From assembly GCA_052327205.1 (NCBI GenBank), contig CM126222.1, positions 55,676,001 through 55,740,000 of the forward strand: a stretch of DNA of 64,000 nucleotides. The letters are read 5' to 3'. Below are positions 48,710 to 61,083 of this stretch, piece after piece; within the stretch, counting starts at the first letter, position 1; every line of letters begins with the position of its first letter. A program made the position numbers and the translations under genes. The stretch is from Somniosus microcephalus. Taxonomy: Eukaryota. The notes beneath the pieces are model-generated. The model was not told where the DNA came from. It ran no database searches and was given only the letters and a program-made list of their open reading frames with translations.

Positions 48710-48965
48710 CGAAGCACTGGAGAAAGTGCAAAAATGATTTACAAGGATGGTACCAGAACTGAGAGGTTACAGCTATCGGGAAAGATTGAACAGGTTGAGG
48801 GTTTTACTTTAGAAAAGAGAAGACTTAGAGGTGACCTGATAGAGGCCTTTAAAATTATGAATGGGTTGGACAGGGTAGATGTGGACAGAATATTTCCACT
48901 TGTGAGAGAATCCAAAACTAGGGGCCATAAATACAAGATAGTTACAAGGTAATAAATCCAATAAG
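48710..48965 (+). mobile_element. CR1 fragment
   Basis: LEKRRLRGDLIEAFKIMNGLDRVDVDRIFPLV..TRGHKYKI. Confidence 0.85.
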
Positions 48966-49829
48966 CAAATAAGGTCCAAGTTATCTCCTGTCCTCTAACT
49001 CCACTTCACCTGAAGATTACAATTGGCTTTGACTGCCTGTGTGTGACACCACGGGACATTGACTATTAGTTCATAATATTGATATGAAGTGTCTGTGACA
49101 GAGCAGACAATAGACTTATTTCTAATTATAACTTTTTTTTAATACTTTATGCAGTATGGGTTGACCATTTAAATTTACTTACTGCTTGGTGACACAAGCT
49201 GAGTTTTTTTTTATTCATTCAGACGATGTGGGCATCGCTGGCAATGCCAGCATTTATTGCCCCTCCCTAATGGCCATTGAGAAAGTGGTGGTGAGCCACC
49301 TTCTTGAACCGCTGTAGTCCATGTGGTGAAGGTACTCCCACAGCGTTGTTAGGTAGGGCGTTCCAGGATTTTGACCCAGCAATGATGAAGTCAGGATGGT
49401 GTGTGGCTTGGAGGGGAAATTGGAGTTCCCATGCGCCTGCTGCCCTTGTCCTTCTAGATGGTAGAGGTAGCGGGTTTGGGAGGTGCTGTCAAAGAAGCCT
49501 TGGCGAGTTGCTGCAGTGCATCTTGTAGATAGTACACACTGCAGCCACGGTACACCGGTGATGGAGGGAGTGAATGTTCAAGGTGGTGAATGAGGTGCCA
49601 ATCAAGTGGGCTGCTTTGTCCTGGATGGTGTTGAGCTTCTTGAGTGTTGTGGGAGCAGCACTCATCCAGGCGAGTGGAGAGTATTCCATCACACTCCTGA
49701 CTTGTGCCTTGTGGGTGGTGGAAAGGCTTTGGGGAGTTAGGAGGTGAGTCACTTACCACAGAATACCCAGCCTCTGACCTGCTCTTCTAGCCACAGTATT
49801 TATGTGGCTGGTCCAGTTAAGCTTCTGGA

Positions 49830-51511
49830 CCCACTTCCTGCTTCCCTGACTCTATTCCCACTAAACTGCTGACCACCCAACTTCCCTTCCTGACTCCCAT
49901 GTTAGCTGATATTGTTAACGGTTCTCTCCCCGCAGGTATGTCCCCTCTCCGTCAAATCTGCCGTCATCAGCCCTCTCCTCAAAAAAACAACTTTTGACCC
50001 CTCCCTCCTTGCAAACTACCGCCCCATCTCCAATCTCCTTTCCCTTTCCAAAGTCCTTGAACATGTTGTCGCCTCCCAAATCTGTGCCCATCTTTCCCGG
50101 AAGTCCATGTTCGGATCCCTCCAATCCGGTTTCTGCCCCTGCCACAGTACCGAAACAGCTCTTATCAAAGTCATAAATGACATCCTATGTGACTGTCACA
50201 AAAGTAAACTATCGCTCCTCGTCCTTCTTGACCTTTCTGCAGCCTTTGACACGGTGGACCACACCACCCTTCTCCAACACCTCTCCTCCGTCGTCCAACT
50301 GGGTGGAACTGCACTTGCCTGGTTCCATTCTTATCTAATTATAGCCAGAGAGTCACCTGCAATGGCTTCTCTTCCCACTCTGGTGTCCCCTAAGGATTTA
50401 TCCTTGACCCCCTCCTATTTCTCATCCACATGCTGCCCCTTGATGACATCATCCAAAAACACAGCGTCCGTTTCCAATGTGTACGCTGATGACACCCAGC
50501 TCAACTTCACCACCACCTCTCTTGATCGCTCCATTGTCTCTAAATTGTCAGACTGCTTGTCCGACATCCAGTACTGGATGAGCAGAAATTTCCTCCAACT
50601 AAATATTGGGTAGACGGAAGCCATTGCCTTCAGTCCCCGCCACATCACACTCCCTGGCATCTGTCTGAGGCTGAACCACACTGTTCACAACCTTGGTGTC
50701 GTATTTGACCCCAAGATGAACTTCCGACCACATATTCGTGCCATCACTAAGACCGCCTATTTCCACCTCTGGAACATCGTCTGACTCTGTCACTATCAGC
50801 TCATCTGCTGAAACCCTCATCCCAGCCTTTATTACCTCTAGACTTGACTGTTCCAATGCACTCCTGGCTGGCCTCCCACATTCTACACTCCGTAAACTTG
50901 AGGTCATCCAAAGCTCTGCTGCCCGTGTCCTGTTCATCCATCACCCCTGTGCTCGCTGACCTACATTGGTTCCTGGTTAAGCAACGCCTTGATTTTAAAA
51001 TTCTCATCCTTGTTTTCAAATCCCTCCATATCTCTGTAATTTCATCCAGTCCCACAACCAATGGTCCCTGTCATTTTTTTTTGGGGGGGGGCTGCGCGGC
51101 CCATTGAAAGTTCCGCGTATGTACGTTTTTTTCAATTATAAAGTCGGCTCAATGGCTGCGCGGGACTCCTGGAACGCTGCACAGCCGCGTGGCTTAAAGG
51201 GAGCATTGCCCATAACCCTCTGAGATATCTGCACTCCTCTAATTCTGGCCGCTTGAGCATTCTCGATTTTAATCACTCCACCATTGGTGGCTGTACTTAC
51301 AGCTGCCAAGGCCTAAACTCTGGAATTCCCTCCCTAAACCTCTCTACCTCTCTTTCCTTGTTTAAGACGCTCCTTAAAACCTACCTCTTTATCTGCCCTA
51401 ATATCTCCTTATGTGGCTCAATGTCAAACTTTGTTTGATAACGCTCCTGTGAAGCGCCTTGGGATGTTTTATTATGTTAAAGGTGCTATATAAATACAAG
51501 TTGTTGTTGTT
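49830..51511 (+). mobile_element. L2 LINE 3' portion
   Basis: NYRPISNL, QSGF..HSTETAL, LLDLSAAFDTVDH, YADDTQL and SRLDCSNALLAGLP motifs; 3' tail aggtgctatataaatacaag(ttg)n. Confidence 0.9.
51059..51208. mobile_element. hAT-like MITE (150 bp)
   Basis: TIR caatggtccct / agggagcattg, 8-bp TSD cccacaac/cccataac. Confidence 0.75.
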
Positions 51512-52448
51512 GGTCAGGATGTTGCTGGTGGGGAATTCAACAATGATAATGCCAAGGTGAGGAGGTTAGACTCTCTCTTGTTGGAGATGGTCATTGCCTG
51601 GCACTTATGTGGCGCTAATGTTACTTGCAACTGATCAGCCCAAGCCTTTAACCCCACTTCACCTGAAAATTACATTTGGTTCTGACACCGAATGCTATGT
51701 TACAGGAAAGTGACTAATATTATATTTAAAGTGTATATATAAAAGAGAACGAGACTGGAAGAAAATATTCATATTGAGCTGATAGATGGAAAAAGAGAGA
51801 GAACATATACACACAGTGAACACAGGCAATCCAAAGCACATTAACTACAGTAATATCACATTAATTATAAGGGAAAGCTTAGAGGTAACCCACATGTAAT
51901 CCAGTAGTCGATAGCATAGAGTTTGTTACTTGCATAGTAGCCGGGGGATCCTTATGTGAATTCCGTCATTTGTTGACACGCATACACAGGTCCTGTGTGG
52001 GAGTTTATTTAGGTGCGTGCAGCATGTGTTTTGAAGCTCCTAAGCAACAAGAACATTAGCTGTGGGGATTAGCACTACAAATTAAGCAGGAATGAATGTA
52101 CTTGTTTCTGAAATACGAAAACAAAATACCTGAAGCCCTGCCCTCAGTGTTAGTGTCATCAAGGACTGTACTGGAATCATAAAGGCACCATTGCCCTTCA
52201 GAAGTACATCACAAACTAATTTTTTTAAACCGCCTTTGCCTCAAATTTATATCAAGATCGCACCTAGGCCGGCACTGGAAGATCCAGTCAGCATTAAGTA
52301 GATATTTCCTTTATGGATTCATCTTTCTTATGGAAAATTAAGAATAGGCATTCTACAAGCCTTGGAGAACCGAAAAGGAAAGAAAACAGGGAATTGGAAT
52401 TATGATAACTACTATACATTTCAATAGAAAATAGAATACACATATGAC

Positions 52449-52615
52449 CAAAGATGTGCGGGTTAGGATGATTGGCTATGATAAATTGACCCTTAGTGTT
52501 AGGGGGAGTAAATACGTGGGGTTACGGGGATCGGGTGGGATATGTGTCGGTGCAGGCTCGATGGGCCGAAATGGCCTCTATCTGCACTGTGGGGTTTCTG
52601 TGTGTGATTCTGTGA
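52449..52615 (+). mobile_element. HE1 SINE 3' half
   Basis: ccaaagatgtgcgggttagg..gatgggccgaaatggcctctatctgcactgt..gattctgtga, matching 23831-24149. Confidence 0.88.
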
Positions 52616-54006
52616 CTTATATATGTCCCTATAAAATCATAGGTCTGGGGACACCGAGTGCTACAATCTCTGGAAATGAAGGCAGCTCATGTGTACATTG
52701 CACAGTAACATTGAATCGGGACATAGTTTCCCTTTTCACAATTCAACTGTTAGTGATTTGGCAGCTCAGGCACTAGACCATGTGCAGAAAAGTCCCGAAA
52801 TAATATTTTTCATTTTTGAATAAATTTGTTTGGGTTTGTGGCAAAAACAACATTTCAACATCTGCTTGATGGGATAGGGAAGAATCTCTGAGATGATAAT
52901 TACTGTAAATGTGAGAAATTTAGCTATTAAATATGGAACAATTCCATCTGTTTAACAATGTTCCTCTGTAACATAATTTTACACGACAGTGATCAGTACA
53001 CCTAAAAAGACTTTGATCTATGGAGATGTGGTGGTTGCTAAGACTATCGGAATAACTTAGAATAAACTAAGCCTATACAATAACTGCATATGCAATATTA
53101 CCCAGAGAGGCTTACTTGGCCCACTTTGGATGGAAATTTAAAAATGTTACAACAAAGATCTTTCAACAGTTTAGCAAAGCCCAAAATATCTTTAGAGTAA
53201 TGAAAACATGCAACAGGATTGGCTAACTGTCACCATCTTGATACTTCCCAAGCTGACTTTAGTTTAAATACAGACATAAACTAGAGATTCCTGATGTCAT
53301 TTTAATGCTGTTAACACATATATATTGAAAAAACTGGAGTAGATTCATATTTTCCTCGTAGTATTTTCTACTCCATCAAATAGATTTTCTGAAAGCTGTG
53401 TAAACCTGTGGTTTAGAATGGACTATTAGAATGGTGAGCCAAATAACTGAAGTGGGCAGATAATGGATTATTGGTTTATGCAAACGTTATAATATTAATT
53501 AGAGAAAGACACTACATGTTAAGATTTTAGTCTGAAGTCTTCCCCTCCTTTTGTTCAATTAAACACTTCTTCCAAACGTTGTGCAGGTGGAGAGTGTCTC
53601 AAAACTATACCCTGAAGAGGAAAAGACAACATTTTAAAAGAAGTGAGTTTAAAAAAAATATTTAATCCCTGTCACAATCTTGGCTGGGCCAATCCCTAAG
53701 GCCCTACTACCTGTGAGGATAAAGTCTACTACTGATAATTCAAAGCCAATTTTTCACTAAACAAAGAATTATCCAATCATTTGAATTAAACAAATAACAC
53801 AGCATAGTGGGAATTTAGTGTTAAAAAGCTGAATTATTGGATAACTGGAATTAAGTGGCAAATTAAGAGTAGACTGTATAAGATGAACTTTGAAGAGTCT
53901 GAGGTCATACTAACCGGCTTACTTATTATTGCTTCCCATGGAACATTAGAACAAATTGCTCATTTAGGTAGGCTCCTTTGGGATTTAAATGTGAATTAAA
54001 TTTATT

Positions 54007-54784
54007 GGGCCAGATTTTGCGTTTGAAATAGCAGTGAGGCCAACAGGGCTCACCGTTATTTACGTGGAATTGAACAGCAACTTCCAGCAACTGCACCTGC
54101 GCAGTTAAATGCGGAAATCAGGAAGTTGCTGTCCGAGATGCCCTGCTCCTCCAAAAGCTGCGTGATAATGGTATCTCGCTGAGAGACTCGCCATTAAAAG
54201 ATATGGAACGGCGTGAAGTTGTACTTACCTGATATATACCCACTAAACTTACCAGAAAAAGTTGAGGCTTGTCCATCCCAGTCTAAGTACCCTTTTAACA
54301 GCATGGCAAGTCTTAATTACTGCCAAGCAACATCACTGGCGTTGAAAATTAACTTGTACAAGTGTGGCGTCTCATTCCTTCAGATTTTAATTATTGTTGC
54401 CAAGATTTAAAAAAATTAAAACATTTAAATAAATGTTTTTTTACTTTTTCTTTCTGTCTCTTATCTCTCTCTTAATCCAATCTTTCTTTCCCTCTCTTTA
54501 TTTCGCTTTCTGTACCTGATTTGGCATTGAATTAAATATTCTAACAGACACTTCCTAGTTCAGACTCTGTGCTGCTCATTAACGATTCTTAAATCTGATT
54601 GGTTAAGGAAATACGCAGTTGCTTGCCCTGTTCACACAGGTCCCAGATCCGCTATAGAGGGTGCTGTGCTCTTTGGCTCCCTAATTTACAGTAAGTTCCA
54701 GTGCAAAACCCCATAGAAAGTCTATGGGCAGGTGCAGTGAACAGCTGGCACCATCCATTCGCCGCTGAGAACAAATACTGGCCC
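54007..54784. mobile_element. MITE, PIF/Harbinger-like
   Basis: TIR gggccagatttt / aaatactggccc, TSD ATT on both sides. Confidence 0.75.
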
Positions 54785-55012
54785 ATTATTTTTGGTGTTC
54801 TAGCATCTGTAGTCAGCAGGCAAGAAATGTAGAGATGTGATCAGAAATACATCTGCTGCCAATTTCCCCTAGTGCTTGTAGTGTGGCACCTCACCTCCAC
54901 TCCATGCTGCACCTGAAGACTCAGCCAATATTAGTGATTCGCTATCTAAATGAAACATGAATGTTAACTGAGGCTGTAATTCGAATGCAGTTCTACCACA
55001 CCGTGACACATT

Positions 55013-55731
55013 GGCCCGTATTTTCCGATGCCTACAGGTGTGTACGCACTGTGTACACACCTGTAGGGACATCGGAAATGCCGGTTTCAGGCATGCAAAG
55101 CTGAAAACAGGCATTTCCGATCTTGACAGGTCGGACGCCTGCCCTGGAGAAGGGCCTCTGCGGGGGGAGAGTTCCACTTTCTGGAGACCCTCCGCCTGCT
55201 GTAAGCCCTTAGAAATCTTACGCCTGGTAAAAGCGTAAGGTCTGGTTTAACCAGCATAAGAGTTGAAAAAAGTTTTTTAAAAAATCACTCATTTATCATT
55301 TTAAAATAGGTAAGTTTATTTTTTATCCCTGTAAAAACTTCAATTATTTTTTTCAAAAAATTAATTTTTTGTTTAAAATATTTAATTTAATGTAATTTTA
55401 ACTCATTTTAAAAACGTGATGGTTTTTTAAAAAATTATTTAATGTTTTGATGTGTTTTTGGGGTGATCTCTATTCATGTATTTGACAGGTTTATCTGTCA
55501 AAAGTATGAAGGGAGATTCCCTTCTCCTATTGGCTGGCCTGACCCACGTGATCCCAGGGACGCTTGTGAACTGCATGCCCCCCTGGGATACGTGGGCCCT
55601 GCACATTTCGACTGTGGAGAGGCCCAGGAGCGGAAGTGTCTGGACCTCAGGAGCCCTCAGGTAAGAGCGTAGATTTTTTTCCGACAGGAGGCATCCGCAC
55701 GCAGGAAGCCTCCTATCGGAAATTACGGGCC
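55013..55731. mobile_element. MITE, PIF/Harbinger-like, with subterminal hairpins
   Basis: TIR ggcccgtattttccgat / atcggaaattacgggcc (16/17), TSD ATT, and a perfect 15-bp internal stem cctacaggtgtgtac/gtacacacctgtagg. Confidence 0.85.
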
Positions 55732-56003
55732 ATTCTTTTATCACAGTACAGTGTTGTTACTCCATCACACATTATATCTTATACAGCACCACAGTTCATC
55801 CCACTTTTCTGTCATCTGTGATCAGCATCAGTATTAACAGCTTTCTTTAGTCATTGGTTATATTTTAATACGGATTATTAAACACAGCATCATACTGGCA
55901 TATAAACAAGCAAACCGTATTCTCCATTTCTTCACCCTAAGGGTGAAACATCAAGGCTCAAAGCACAATATACTTTACATTCCTATATTTTTTGAAAGTT
56001 ATA

Positions 56004-56747
56004 GGCCTAGAAATTCAGGTGGCTGCGCCACCCGTTAGTGCCTTAAGAGGGCGCTAAGTGGGTCGCAAGCCACTGGCCACTCCTCCCTAAATTCTGCGGG
56101 ACGCTAACGGTGGCGTTAGCCGTTAGCGCTGCGCCGCTACCGATGACGTCATCGGTGTGCGTAGCGCCCCGCTAACGCCCTGGCCGCGATATTAGGAAGC
56201 GCCCCCTGATTTACCGCCGGACGCTATGTGCAACCGGTTCAGGGAGGCCTACCTGCGGCGGTAGAGACGCTAATTAAAGGAGAGGTGCGGGGTGGCCATT
56301 TTGTTGTTGGCCGCCTGCCAGCACCTCTCTGCGCTCCCGTCCCCGGCCTCCTGACTGTCCCCCCCCCCCCCGGCGGAGTGCTGGCTGCGTTCCAAGAGCC
56401 CGGCACTTCTCCTCGGTGCCGGGCTCTTTTGCCGGCACTCGCAATCCTCGGGGCCCAGCTGGGCCCCAGATCGCGCAGAACAAGGCCCCTCCCCTTTAAG
56501 AAGGGGAGGAAGGCCTGCAGTACCGCAGCGCGACGTGCCGCAGCGTGTGGCGCTGCGGCACGTTGCACAGCGATATTCAGTCGCAGCGCCCCAAGAGAGA
56601 TGCGGGATGCCTCCAGTAGCGCCGCGCTTCCCTTTGGGGCGCTCCAACTGAATTTCCGGCGGGTGGCCGCGAATGCTGCCGGGGCGCTACTTTTAGCGCC
56701 CTGGCGAAGCTGGTGCCCCAAACGGGGCTATAGTCAATTTCTAGGCC
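56004..56747. mobile_element. CpG-rich MITE, PIF/Harbinger-like
   Basis: Perfect 12-bp TIR ggcctagaaatt / aatttctaggcc, TSD ATA; body similar to 58808-59575. Confidence 0.88.
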
Positions 56748-56809
56748 ATATTCTCATAAATTTCAGTTTTTTCTGTTAGAACATGAGCATTATCTTCTAT
56801 ATCCATGCA

Positions 56810-56920
56810 CTTACATTACAGCAGTGACTACACTTCAAAAGTACTTCCCAAAGCGCTTTACAGCCAATGAAGTCCTGAAAGTGGTGAAAGGAGCTATATA
56901 TAAATGCAAGTCTTTCTTTT
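56810..56920 (+). mobile_element. SacSINE1-like 3' fragment with an internal micro-inversion
   Basis: acattacagcagtgactacacttcaaaagtacttc..gctatatataaatgcaagtcttt. Confidence 0.75.
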
Positions 56921-57051
56921 TTTCTCTCTCTCTTTGTGTTGTACCTGTGCCGTCACTTGCTCTCTATTAAGGGCCTACTCACCCATGTAGTGAAACACAC
57001 CTTAATGTTGAATCTCTCTTTACAAATGGAAACAGACGTAGAGGTAGATAC

Positions 57052-57219
57052 CAATTGTTTCCTGTAAGCTGCGCTTTTTTCTGTGTGGCCTGTTTCTTTT
57101 AATGTGCGGTCCCTTTAAATTTCTGCGCATGCACAGTATTTACAGTGGAAAAGCCGGTGAGCGGCCTGCACAGGACCTTTCCCATTACTGTGTGGCTGCG
57201 CAGCTTAGAGGGAACATTG
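57052..57219. mobile_element. hAT-like MITE (168 bp)
   Basis: Perfect 8-bp TSD gtagatac; TIR caattgtttcctgtaagctgcgc / gcgcagcttagagggaacattg. Confidence 0.85.
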
Positions 57220-57672
57220 GTAGATACCCATATTCACTCATTGATCTTGGGATCGTACACATACTGTCAACTTCATGATTTGTCCACATGCTGACCCCAA
57301 ACCAACTCAGCACCACATACAAGTCTGCAATACATTGCTGGCCATCTATTATTCGATTAAAAACAAGTTATATATTGAGCAGTGTGCATCACAGACACCA
57401 ACAAAGTACACTGATAATGTTCTATGCAACCCGTGCAGACGGACTAGAAAATTGTACATAACTACATTTGCATAGAACAGGACTGGCTATAATTTGCATA
57501 GATCAGGACATTGCAAGTAGTTTATTTATATCGGGATTGAATCTACTGTAGATCCAACTATACTTAGGAGTTGTGCAATAATTAGCAGTACAGTACATAA
57601 ACCCAAATAAGAGTAGGTGCTCAGACATGCAAGCACAGATTCCATACTGTTAGGTCTAAAAACATTTATTAC

Positions 57673-57732
57673 CTCAGAGATGACTGTCCAGAAACAGAAG
57701 AGAGATAGGAAAACAAGGAGCTGGGATTTCAT
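57673..57732 (-). CDS. PDGF-A/B-family growth factor, signal-peptide exon (exon 1); in-frame upstream ATG at 57765
   Basis: MKSQLLVFLSLFCFWTVISE|gtaata, 20 codons, phase 0. Resembles PDGFB exon 1 [21 protein letters not shown] and ends on the same Glu codon; joins 15837-15957 in frame. Confidence 0.75.
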
Positions 57733-57890
57733 GCTGCTTTCTGTTGTTTTCTGCAAAAGATCCATTTACTGCGACTATGTGGTGATGAACTGAATTATAG
57801 TCTAGATAATTACAGGTATTTAGTCCCTTTTTTCTGGGCAGCCAGCAATGTTTGTAAATGAGATCCTTACATACTTCTCCCGCACAAAAT

Positions 57891-57900
57891 CCACGCCCAC
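57891..57900 (-). promoter_or_regulatory. GC/GT box (Sp/KLF type) in the putative PDGF-like promoter
   Basis: gtgggcgtgg on the gene strand, ~130-160 nt upstream of the ATGs, with weak TATA-like tatgtaa ~20 nt downstream. Motif match only. Confidence 0.35.
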
Positions 57901-58146
57901 AAAAACCCAGTGGAATTCATTAGTGAATACTTCCCCTTTTAACTCTTAGACTGCTAACTTGCCTTGCTCAACAGATCAACACAGTATTCACATGGCAGCC
58001 TTTTTTTAAATGTATTTTTTACTTATTTGCATATAACAGAACTTAGTGGAAAATCAGAGTGTTATTCAGATCAAGACTTAAATTGCTAAACTGATTCTTA
58101 GGTCAATTTAAGCTACATTTTCAGAATTATTAAGGGGAGGACTTAT

Positions 58147-58310
58147 GTGGCTCTCTTGATGGCCCAGTGGGTAAAGGCACCACCCAATGCAGCACTGAGC
58201 CATACAGACCAGTCTCCTGCTGCAATTGGGATGCCACAATTGGTTTTGGGATCTCTGGGCTAGAGAGGGAGTAGTTCCCTTTCCTAATTGCTATCTCATT
58301 ATTGGGATGA
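58147..58310 (+). mobile_element. Possible ancient tRNA-derived SINE fragment
   Basis: A-box-like tggcccagtgggtaaaggc followed by actgagccatacagaccag, reminiscent of old vertebrate SINE heads; B box absent. Confidence 0.3.
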
Positions 58311-58807
58311 TAATTAAGGAACCTCACCTCGACCCCAACTCGGGCAGGGTCAGTAGGAGAGGTCACAGGCGGGCATATCTGGGCACTTACGCCAGAATGC
58401 GCCGATAGTTATTGATGTTAGAGGTCTGTTAGGAAAACCACCAAATGGCTAGTAAAAGTTTTGTTAACGCATACAAGGGTAAGTTAGACAGAGGCGCCTG
58501 TGCAGAGGAAGTACAGGTATTACTGACAAAATGTTTAACCAAAGAAAACCGAGTCCCCTTTGAAGAAGTGATAAACTTTATTCAGGAACTTGTGAATCAG
58601 AAAAAACACGAGTTAAGAGAGAAACATAGCCAGGTGGTTAAGTATAACGTGCAGGAGAGAGAGGGAGATAGAAAAGGAAAAAGATCTAATTTGCAGGCTA
58701 AGCAATCTGAAAACTCAGCAAAGGAAGGGAAAAAACAGGGATTTGGAAAGCCAGGAAAAGCTGCTGAGACACCAATTTTAAAAAGAGGGAAAAAAAAGAG
58801 AAACTTA

Positions 58808-59575
58808 GGGGGGGAAATTCAGTTGCTTTGTGCCTCCTGTTGGCGCCCTAAAGGGGCACTAACGAGGCGCAAAGCAACAAGTGCTCGGGCGCGGCGCCGC
58901 CAACACCTCCCGCAAAATTCAGCCGGAGGTTAGCGCCCTGTGGCGCTGCGCCACCGGCGATGATGTTATCACCGGCAACGCAGCGCCCCACTCGCACCCT
59001 GGCCGCGATCTTCGGTAGCGCCCCCTGACTTACCACCGGACACTATGTCCGACGGGGTCAGGGGGGCCTACCTGCGGCCAGGGCAGCGCTAATTAAAGGC
59101 AAGGTGCTGGGCGGCCATTTTTGTTGCTGGCCGCCTGCCAGCACCTGCCCCTGAGCACCTGCCCCCGTTGCCGTCCCCGACTTCCTCTGAAGCCCCCCCG
59201 TGGAGTGCTGGCTGCGCTCCGTGAGCCTGGCACTTCTCTTCAGTGCCAGGCTCTTTTGCCAACACTCCGATCCCTGGTGGCCTAGCTGGGCACCAGGATG
59301 TGCTGCGCCGGGCCCCTCCCCTTTAAGAAGGGGAGGAAGGCCTGCAGTACCGCGGCACGACGTGTCGCAGCGCGTGGTGCTGCGGCACATAGCGCTGCGA
59401 TATTCCCTCGCAGTGCCCCAAGAGGGAGGTGAGGCACTTCCAGTAGCGCCCCGCTTCCCTCTTGGGGCACTACCATTCAATTTCAGCCGCGGGGGCGCTA
59501 ATTTTTTCGGGGCGCTAAAAGTAGCACCCCGACTAAGTTAGCACCCCAAAGGGGGCGTGACTCAATTTTTTCCCC
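58808..59575. mobile_element. CpG-rich MITE, PIF/Harbinger-like (same family and orientation as 56004-56747)
   Basis: Termini gggggggaaatt / aattttttcccc, TSD TTA; colinear internal similarity to 56004-56747. Confidence 0.88.
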
Positions 59576-61083
59576 TTAAAGTTTTACCAACATGGAAGTT
59601 ATTAATGTCTGTGCTGAGACAAATAAAATGCAAGATTTGCTGAGTGAAAGGAACCTTAAAAAAATGCTGGAATTTCAGTTTGTGTTAAAATGTGGAAGTT
59701 TTCCTGACTATGAATGTTTAAGAAGTTACAGTATTCCTTTTGTCTGAAAGTCTGTTCGAAAAGAAAATGTCTGTTATGTGTGTTTTAGCTCCACCCACTT
59801 CTCTGTGTAAAAAAAGCGTTTAACACTTTTGTCTTGTCTTGGATTTTAGAAGTTTTAAGTTTTAAAAATGTGCGAATAAGATTGTGCACCCAGAATTGGA
59901 AAAAAAAACTTTGAACTACAATTTAAGTTAAGCTGGTGTGGAAAAACTGAGAATAACAAAGTTTGTTTAACAAAAGATTAAAGTTTCAGTCTAAGATTTA
60001 ACCTTGGAGTCATTGTTGCTATGGTGAAATCTTCCAAAGCAGTTTGATTTGATTTGTTTAAATGTGAAAAACTAATTTATCTCCAGTTGTATTCAATGTT
60101 TTTATAGTCATTTGGAAAGGCATCTGAAGAAAGGACAATAAGAAATATGACGTAATTTACTGTTTTTTGCAAGCATGTGCTTTTTTGTTTTGTTTTATCT
60201 GATCTGTTTGTGTTTAGTTAAAGTGTGAAAATGCAACTGTCTTTTTCAATTGGGAAAGTTTTTTAAAAATTTACATGAAGTGACGCAATTGCGTGTGCCT
60301 GACAATGTTTCGCTCCGCCTTCTTAAAAACCTGCAAAGGAGTTAACCCTTTCCACTGACAGCTGTTTAAGTTCAACAAGCAACAACTTTAGTATTGCTGA
60401 ATGAAATTTAAAGATATTGGACATTATTAAATTTAAGTTTCTTAATTTTAAGTGAATATTTCCCCACAGTGACAGAAGGAAAATTATGATTTGATAAATT
60501 AACCTCTTAAGCAGAGCCATAATGGATTCTTGGCTTCCTTTTGTTATATGGAAGTTACCTTGTAAACTAATTGTAGCACTTCTGCCTCTAGTGTTAAAAC
60601 ACCGTGTAAACCACCTAGCCTGGGAATCACTTGTTTCTGAAATTGGAATTGGTAAGCTAAATTGATAGAAATGAAATTGAACATTGACAAAACCTGTCAG
60701 TTCAACAATACTGCCATTTGGATTTTAGGATAATTTTGAAATGACAAAATGGACTCAGGCACTATATATTGGGTTACTTCTGGGAAAATAAAAGATCCTC
60801 TAAAATAATGATAATAAAAAGTGTTAATAACTTGGTCCAAGTGAGAATGTTTGATCTATGTTTTCTACCTTAAATATTGTACCGGACAGTAAAGTTCCTC
60901 CAGGGCTCATGAATGGTAATTAATGGGATGTGTAAAATGGAGAGGGGAAGTGATTGTGGGTGTAAGATAGAAACAGGAGAATTACACCATCAAATGGGAA
61001 TTTTACAAACTTTCTAGTGAAAGTCAGGAAAGTGTAGTTACGAATAGTAAATTGATAGCTTTCTCTTGGAGACATTTGTGTCT

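Larger units (their letters stand above)
49205..51648 (-). mobile_element. CR1-group LINE (same family as 31295-32442) split by an L2 insertion
   Basis: KAQVRSVMEYSPLAWMSAAPT at 49205-49829; the upstream part (TISNKRESN) resumes at 51512-51648. Confidence 0.85.

Noticed and set aside
56228-56779. Overlapping 125-183 aa ORFs on both strands (similar ORFs at 59058-59541)
   Set aside because: By-product of the very high GC content of the MITEs; no recognisable protein domain.
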